Positions 58,450 through 64,000 of a DNA stretch of 64,000 bases are shown here, one piece after another (position 1 is the first letter of the stretch; every line of letters starts with the position of its first letter). A program made the position numbers and the translations under genes. This DNA is from Pseudomonadota bacterium (lineage in GTDB: Bacteria; Pseudomonadota; Alphaproteobacteria; UBA8366), in NCBI GenBank assembly GCA_036339585.1, contig JAYZAS010000004.1, forward strand, positions 318,773 to 382,772, in the 5' to 3' direction. Under the pieces are notes generated by a model. It made no database searches. It saw only the letters and a list, made by a program, of their open reading frames with translations, and was not told where the DNA came from.

Positions 58450-59756
58450 CAGCACTTACACCCCGCGAGACCGTCTCCGAACTCGACCGTTACATCATAG
58501 GCCAAAATGAGGCCAAGCGTGCTGTAGCTGTGGCATTGAGAAATCGTTGGAGGCGACAAAATGTCCCAGATGAAATGCGCGACGAAGTCTTGCCAAAAAA
58601 CATCCTGATGATAGGCCCAACAGGCGTGGGTAAAACAGAGATTGCGCGCCGTCTCGCAAAATTAGCGGATGCGCCATTTTTAAAGGTTGAGGCTACAAAG
58701 TTTACCGAGGTCGGATACGTTGGTAGGGACGTGGAGCAAATCGTGCGTGATTTAGTAGACAATGCAATTCACATGACACGAGAAATTCATCGCAAGGAAG
58801 TTGTTGCAAAAGCAGAGTTGATGGCAGAAGAACGGGTCCTTGACGCTCTTGTTGGCGAGAATGCAAGTGCAAACACTCGCAGTTCTTTCAGACAAAAACT
58901 ACGAAATGGTGAGCTCGACGATCGAGAAATTGAGCTCGAGCTCATAGATAGCGGCGGAGGCGGTATGCCCACCTTCGATATACCTGGTATGCCTGGCGCA
59001 CAGATGGGCATGATTAACCTTAATGACATAATGGGCAAAGCTTTTGGAGAACGTACACGCAAGCAGACCATGACTGTGGCGGATTCCTTTAGTGTGCTTG
59101 TTACAGAAGAAGGAGACAAACTAGTCGACGAAGACAAAGTTGTGCGCGCTGCCTTGGAAAATGTTGCTCAAAATGGGATTGTTTTCATTGATGAGATTGA
59201 TAAAGTATGCGCGCGCGCGGAGCGTAATGGAGCCGATGTAAGCCGTGAAGGAGTGCAGCGTGACCTTCTCCCCTTAATTGAAGGAACGACTGTGTCCACA
59301 AAACATGGGCCAATAAATACCGATCATATCCTCTTCATTGCTTCTGGTGCATTTCACCTAGCAAAACCATCTGATTTATTGCCGGAGCTTCAGGGGAGAC
59401 TTCCAATCCGAGTTGAACTGAAGGCTCTTACTCGAAGTGATTTCGAACGCATCTTACAGGAACCTGAGAATAGCCTCATTCGCCAGTATGAAGCATTGCT
59501 TAAAACCGAGAAAGTGACACTTGTTTTTCAAGATGAAGCCATAACAGAATTAGCCAAATTGGCTGCCGAAATTAATGAGAACGTCGAAAATATTGGCGCT
59601 CGGCGTCTTCATACCGTTATGGAGAAACTTCTAGAAGAAATTAGTTTCTCTGCCACGGACAGGCCTAATGAAGAGATACAGATCGATTGCGACTACGTGC
59701 GAAGCAGGGTGGAGAACTTAGCGAAAGACGCCGACCTATCTAAATTCATCCTTTGA
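58446..59756 (+). CDS. hslU: ATP-dependent protease ATPase subunit HslU
   Basis: Contains [17 protein letters not shown], Walker [16 protein letters not shown] and IVFIDEIDK. Confidence 0.96.
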   Translation: MTALTPRETVSELDRYIIGQNEAKRAVAVALRNRWRRQNVPDEMRDEVLPKNILMIGPTGVGKTEIARRLAKLADAPFLKVEATKFTEVGYVGRDVEQIVRDLVDNAIHMTREIHRKEVVAKAELMAEERVLDALVGENASANTRSSFRQKLRNGELDDREIELELIDSGGGGMPTFDIPGMPGAQMGMINLNDIMGKAFGERTRKQTMTVADSFSVLVTEEGDKLVDEDKVVRAALENVAQNGIVFIDEIDKVCARAERNGADVSREGVQRDLLPLIEGTTVSTKHGPINTDHILFIASGAFHLAKPSDLLPELQGRLPIRVELKALTRSDFERILQEPENSLIRQYEALLKTEKVTLVFQDEAITELAKLAAEINENVENIGARRLHTVMEKLLEEISFSATDRPNEEIQIDCDYVRSRVENLAKDADLSKFIL

Positions 59757-59835
59757 TTTCTTCAATATTATCTTTTCTCGGGCTTATGATCTGATTTTTG
59801 AGCTAAGGTAGCTTATGAGAAATCTTATTTTATCT

Positions 59836-60150
59836 TCAGACAGTGTGTATGCCTTTGGCCAATAAATTAGCTAATAAGGTGGCATCTGATGATAAATCCC
59901 TAGTGTCAACAACCACACGCGGCCTTGAAATCGCGGCTAACTTCTGATTTTTTTCAGCATCATCCCAAATAATATTAAAATATGAACAAATTTGATTGAC
60001 CATTGGGACACTTGGCTTACCTCGTTTTCCATGCTCTAGGTCAGACAAATACGATGGCGAAACCTGTAATGCCTCTGCCATGTGAGAGAGTGTGACCCCT
60101 CTTTCGGAACGCATTTTTCTAATTTCCCGGCCAAATGGTGTCATCGACAA
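59836..60150 (-). CDS. XRE-family helix-turn-helix transcriptional regulator
   Basis: 104 aa with the HTH IRKMRSERGVTLSHMAEALQVSPSYLSDLEHGKRG. It lies 42 nt downstream of the Smr gene on the same strand. Confidence 0.8.
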   Translation of the reverse strand: MSMTPFGREIRKMRSERGVTLSHMAEALQVSPSYLSDLEHGKRGKPSVPMVNQICSYFNIIWDDAEKNQKLAAISRPRVVVDTRDLSSDATLLANLLAKGIHTV

Positions 60151-60192
60151 TAACGGTTTTTTTGTAAGGATCTGTTGCAGAAATTTGAGTTT

Positions 60193-60768
60193 TTACAAAC
60201 GTTTGCGCCTCAATAGAATATACAGAGCGCCAGTACCGCCAAGGCGCGGTAATGCGTAATCAAACCCTAACACATGCTTACGCAAAGAGGGCTCATTTAA
60301 CCAGCGAGGAACCGCTTCCTTCAGCACGCCCGTTCCGCCATCACGGCTTCCTTTGCCTGTGATCACTACCACACACCTCTTTCCTGCGGCTTGTTTATCC
60401 AATAAAAACCTTTTCAACGCTCTATATGCCGTAGCTTGGCTCATACCGTGCATATCGAGACGTCCCTCAACTTCCAACTTGCCGCGCTTCAAACGCTCTC
60501 CTGTGCGTTTATCTAGGCCTACGAGCGTGCCATGCGAGAGTGGAACCAGTGGTCCTTTAACTTTAACAAAATCACTTCTAGGGGAATGACAACTTGTCTT
60601 GCTGCCCGTTTGTAAATTACTGTCACATTCTGTTCCAGCAGCAAATGCTGTAGCAGAATTTTTCTTCAAGGGGGTTACATCAGAGACAGCTTGGCGCCAA
60701 AGACCAATACCTTCATCACAGCTTGATGTCGTTGCTGTGGCTCTAATCTGTTGCTTCTTTTTTTCCAT
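60193..60768 (-). CDS. Smr-domain protein
   Basis: C-terminal Smr domain (RLDMHGMSQATAYRALKRFL ... VVVITGKG). Confidence 0.85.
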   Translation of the reverse strand: MEKKKQQIRATATTSSCDEGIGLWRQAVSDVTPLKKNSATAFAAGTECDSNLQTGSKTSCHSPRSDFVKVKGPLVPLSHGTLVGLDKRTGERLKRGKLEVEGRLDMHGMSQATAYRALKRFLLDKQAAGKRCVVVITGKGSRDGGTGVLKEAVPRWLNEPSLRKHVLGFDYALPRLGGTGALYILLRRKRL

Positions 60769-60978
60769 CTTTTTCTGGGAATACTGATTCCCTTCCCCCG
60801 AGTTGTTTTTCAGCTACAAACAATCAATCCCGGTTTTGGAGGTGAATACTAGAGTAATTAACTCAGAATATATTTTTAAGAAAAGTTCTACAACCAGTTC
60901 AACGTAACACTTTTTAATTTCTTTACTTCAGAAATAATTTGCTAATCACACAATCGCGTAGGGAGCGTTCCAGCCGTA

Positions 60979-62124
60979 TCATCGTGGAAGCAAAACAAAA
61001 TAACGTCCGGCACTCTTCATGGTACCTGCAAGCTTGAGCGCTTTTCTACCGAAGCCCCAAAAATAATCGCCACGCACAGGGCCCTTAATTGCGGCGCCTG
61101 TATCTTGCGCTACCAATAATTTCCTAAGTGGGCGCGATTTATCAGTCGGCCAATGAGTAACGATCCATACGGGGGCACCAATTGGAATATAGCGCTTATC
61201 AACCGCCATACTTCTTCCAGCCGTCAATGGAACACCCTGTGCACCAATTGGCCCTCTGCTACCCGTAATACGAAAAAATATAAACCGTGCATTTTCAGAC
61301 AACAATGCCCGAGCCTGATCTCGGTTTTTTTCAATCCAGCGCCGAATATGTGGCCAGGAAGCTTGATTGCGTCCAAGTTGACCGCGTTCTATCAGTACCT
61401 GTCCAATAGAACGATAATCATATCCATTGTGCGCAGCAAAACCGATTCTCATGACCGATCCATCGCGCAACCGCACCCGTCCAGACCCCTGCACATGTAG
61501 AATATAAAGATCGATCAAGTCGTCGGCCCAAGCTATTTGTTTAGCTTTGCCTTTCAGCGCACCTGCAGCAATATCCTCCCGTGTGTGGTATGGAATGAGC
61601 TGATTTTCTTTTGCCATTCCCACCAGCTTTTTGCCCGCTAGTTTTGAGTCAAAACGAGCAAGATCAACGGTAATATGATCATTTGGAACACCGTAGATAG
61701 GCGTCTGAGAGGGGTTCTCACGGCGCAAACTGCCTGTAAGCTCAGCCTCAAAGTATCCAGTGAAAAGCCCTTCCGGCCCATGTGGACCAAAAACTAAATA
61801 GGGTTGGAACCATTTTTCAAAATAATCTTGCGCCTGATCGTCGTTGACATCACCGGCAGGTAATGACGAACAAACTCTCCGCCAAGAATCGAGTTTTAGA
61901 CCTAATCTATTGGACGGACTACCACTGTTTCCGGCCAGAAACTTTTGGCAGGATCCGCGAAATACGCCTAAAGCCTCTGAATGGTTATCATCGCCCCAGC
62001 CTGGAAGGCTTTTGAAATTCACTGGGTCTAATTTAAAAGGTTTTTTCTTCTCCAGCGCAGGGGAGCAACTAATCACACCAAGCGCCACTAATAAAATGAG
62101 CATTCTTAAAGGGTGTGAATACAA
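60979..62124 (-). CDS. mltA: membrane-bound lytic murein transglycosylase A
   Basis: Lipoprotein-like N-terminus (LVALGVISCS), an MltA-specific domain and a 3D domain (LLVAQDTGAAIKGPVRGDYFWG). Confidence 0.88.
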   Translation of the reverse strand: MYSHPLRMLILLVALGVISCSPALEKKKPFKLDPVNFKSLPGWGDDNHSEALGVFRGSCQKFLAGNSGSPSNRLGLKLDSWRRVCSSLPAGDVNDDQAQDYFEKWFQPYLVFGPHGPEGLFTGYFEAELTGSLRRENPSQTPIYGVPNDHITVDLARFDSKLAGKKLVGMAKENQLIPYHTREDIAAGALKGKAKQIAWADDLIDLYILHVQGSGRVRLRDGSVMRIGFAAHNGYDYRSIGQVLIERGQLGRNQASWPHIRRWIEKNRDQARALLSENARFIFFRITGSRGPIGAQGVPLTAGRSMAVDKRYIPIGAPVWIVTHWPTDKSRPLRKLLVAQDTGAAIKGPVRGDYFWGFGRKALKLAGTMKSAGRYFVLLPR

Positions 62125-62143
62125 AGTCGTGAACCGAGATTTT

Positions 62144-62818
62144 CTAATTTGAGCTTCGTGTCTCTACTAACAACCAGTTCGGATCTTTCCCGCGAATATC
62201 TCGTGCAAAGGTCCAAATATCAGTCACTTGATTAACTGCTTCTGGATCTCCATCAATAACAACACCAGATTGGTCACGACGAACACTAACTTGTTTACTT
62301 ACAAATTTGACTGTTACCTGCGCGGTAGAATGAAGCAGACAAGCCTCAATCACCTCCACAGAGTCGATCCCCACAAGCGTCGTTTCTTGTGTCTCACCTG
62401 CTCGCTTCCGGTGGGTAATAGCATGGTCAAAGTTTGCAAAAACGGCCTCACTCAGAAGCGATTTAAGCGTACCGGTATCACCGAGCGCAAATGCCGTGAT
62501 TATCATTTCAAAGGCATTACGGGCACCTGTTTGGAATTCAGCCACATCAAATTGCCTATCTGCAATCTTTATTTTTTCTAAACCGGACTCGAGAGGTGTT
62601 GACATACCTACGTTATCAACCCGAGCGTCTAGTCCGCTTGCTGCTCCAGAGTTTTCAGGATTTTCCTCTCGGTCTGTAATGTCAGCACTACGAGCAATGC
62701 CGAACGGATCACGTGATCCTTCTTGACCTGTGCGCTTGCCAAGCACACTGATCAAGCGAAATACGAGAAATGCAGCTATAGCTGCAAAGATGATTACATC
62801 AACGTAGTCGCCGCCCAT
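62144..62818 (-). CDS. Tim44-like domain protein
   Basis: N-terminal TM helix, a linker, then a Tim44-like fold (FQTGARNAFEMIITAFALGD...WTFARD). Typical alphaproteobacterial neighbour of mltA. Confidence 0.8.
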   Translation of the reverse strand: MGGDYVDVIIFAAIAAFLVFRLISVLGKRTGQEGSRDPFGIARSADITDREENPENSGAASGLDARVDNVGMSTPLESGLEKIKIADRQFDVAEFQTGARNAFEMIITAFALGDTGTLKSLLSEAVFANFDHAITHRKRAGETQETTLVGIDSVEVIEACLLHSTAQVTVKFVSKQVSVRRDQSGVVIDGDPEAVNQVTDIWTFARDIRGKDPNWLLVETRSSN

Positions 62819-63019
62819 TATATAAGGCCTTTCTTTTGTTCAAGGCTCAAATCAGCCTAAACACTGAGCCCAGTAATTTTTATCCAAAACCAAATAGTGT
62901 ATATCTTGCGCAAAGTTATTAGGGACCTTAGGTTAAGGTGGTTGTCGACGCAACCGTTGCTATGGCTTGGACACTATTCCCATAACCTTACATACGGTCA
63001 GCAGAGCCAAAGGACAAGT

Positions 63020-63544
63020 ATGAGGCTTCTGATTCTTTTTATTTTTGTTGGAGTTCCGATTGCTGAAATAGCGATTTTCATTGAGGCAGGGCATTTTTTC
63101 GGGATTTGGACGACAATTGCTTTAATTTTAATTACAGCAATCATTGGCTCAGCAATGCTAAGGCATCAAGGGCTTCGAGCGCTCAGGAATACGCAGGAGG
63201 CATTACATAGGAATGAATTGCCCGTAAAGGAAGTCCTGACCGGCCTCTGTTTGTTATTTGCCAGCGTACTTTTATTAACACCAGGGTTCTTGACTGATTG
63301 CATAGGGTTTTTTTTACTGATCCCAAGATTTCGTTTATTTCTTGGCAACACAATATTCGCTCAAATAAAGAGCCAAAGTTACTCGCGGGTATGGCCATCA
63401 AATGAAAAAACGCGCCACAACAGCGATACCGACGAACGAAATGCGACTGTGATTGATGGGGAATTTCACGAAATTGATAATCCGGCTTTAAATAATCAGG
63501 ATCAAGAGGTTCCCAAAAATAATAAAACCTCTGATTTGTCTTAA
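63020..63544 (+). CDS. fxsA: FxsA-family membrane protein
   Basis: Start moved to ATG 63020 (AGGA 5 nt upstream), giving MRLLILFIFVGVPIAEIAIFIEAG. Contains LTPGFLTDCIGFFLLIP. Confidence 0.85.
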   Translation: MRLLILFIFVGVPIAEIAIFIEAGHFFGIWTTIALILITAIIGSAMLRHQGLRALRNTQEALHRNELPVKEVLTGLCLLFASVLLLTPGFLTDCIGFFLLIPRFRLFLGNTIFAQIKSQSYSRVWPSNEKTRHNSDTDERNATVIDGEFHEIDNPALNNQDQEVPKNNKTSDLS

Positions 63545-63575
63545 ACACTAACCAGTTTGTCTATGTGTGCATCTT

Positions 63576-64000
63576 ATGTATCTATTGCGGCACGGCCAAT
63601 CAGAATTTAATGTGATCTACGGTAAAACCCGCAAGGATCCCGGAATTCGAGACCCAAAGTTGACCCCTCTAGGCAAAAATCAAGCCCTTCATGCCGCAAT
63701 ATCTCTGGAACGATTAGGCCTAAAAGAAATCTTGTCGAGCCCGTACCGACGTGCTTTAGAAACAGCAACAATCGTTGCCCGTCATTTAGACCTTAACATC
63801 ACAGCAACGCCACTAATAGGGGAACACGCGGTTTTTAACTGTGACATAGGATCACCCAAAAGTACGCTTTGCGTCGACTTCCCCCACGTAAACTTTTTAG
63901 ATCCCGTTACAGAAAATTGGTGGCCAGATCTAGAAGAAGACACACTTTCACTAAACCGAAGATGCAAAGAGTTTCGTCGTCTCGCGAGTAATTATGATGT
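63576..64000 (+). CDS. histidine phosphatase (phosphoglycerate mutase-like) family protein, 3-prime end cut by window
   Basis: Absent from the track because it has no stop in the window. My translation from ATG 63576 gives MYLLRHGQSEFNVIYGKTRKDPGIRDPKLTPLGKNQALHAAISLERLGLKEILSSPYRRALETATIVA, with the RHG and SPxxRAxxTA motifs. Confidence 0.8.
   Translation, partial: MYLLRHGQSEFNVIYGKTRKDPGIRDPKLTPLGKNQALHAAISLERLGLKEILSSPYRRALETATIVARHLDLNITATPLIGEHAVFNCDIGSPKSTLCVDFPHVNFLDPVTENWWPDLEEDTLSLNRRCKEFRRLASNYD

Noticed and set aside
60777-60792. GGGAAT-ACTG-ATTCCC hairpin 8 nt upstream of the Smr start codon
   Set aside because: The stem-loop is real (6 bp), but no U tract follows it and it has no clear relation to an SD sequence. 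It is too small to interpret without conservation data.
62897-63019. 41-codon N-terminal extension of FxsA in the track
   Set aside because: ATG 63020 has an AGGA upstream and yields the canonical FxsA N-terminus MRLLILFIFVGVPIAEI. The extension has no membrane-protein character.
1-64000. Mobile elements, prophage, defence islands, and tRNA/rRNA genes
   Set aside because: No integrase, transposase or recombinase translations occur on either strand. No cloverleaf-like sequences occur in any intergenic gap longer than 150 nt. Apart from 19660-22105 and 51626-54246, gene order follows conserved housekeeping blocks.

Overview
This is a densely packed, almost entirely housekeeping chromosome segment. 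It has alphaproteobacterial hallmarks: a MucR/Ros regulator, a Tim44-like protein, an alpha-type Fur, and the blocks rimP-nusA-infB, miaB-phoH-ybeY-corC-lnt, mutS-glnD-murJ...trpS, hrcA-grpE / dnaK-dnaJ, rph-rdgB-hemW, hisBHAF and hslVU. GC looks mid-40s % by eye but was not computed. I can support about 60 protein-coding genes, one clear intrinsic terminator, two heat-shock-type promoter candidates and one perfect 24-bp tandem duplication. I found no rRNA, tRNA, CRISPR array, transposase, integrase or recognisable defence genes. The most interesting signal lies between trpS and murJ (19660-22105, minus strand). The ORF track shows four ORFs there. Reading through one in-frame TGA in each half turns them into two tandem 406-residue paralogs of the GrdB/PrdB (selenoprotein B) family with a U-P-N-C-T-R motif. 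These are probable selenoproteins. No known partner subunit (GrdA/C/D/E, PrdA) is present in the window, and each paralog carries a conserved C-terminal extension I cannot assign. Secondary points are: an orphan protein with flagellin-like terminal helices next to a NaChBac/NavAb-type voltage-gated sodium channel; a long structured metK leader (riboswitch candidate); a GNAT gene embedded in the his operon; an olsB-olsA ornithine-lipid pair; and a bactofilin-lipoprotein cluster. Everything comes from reading the sequence and the ORF translations. No database search was possible, so family names are recognition-based.
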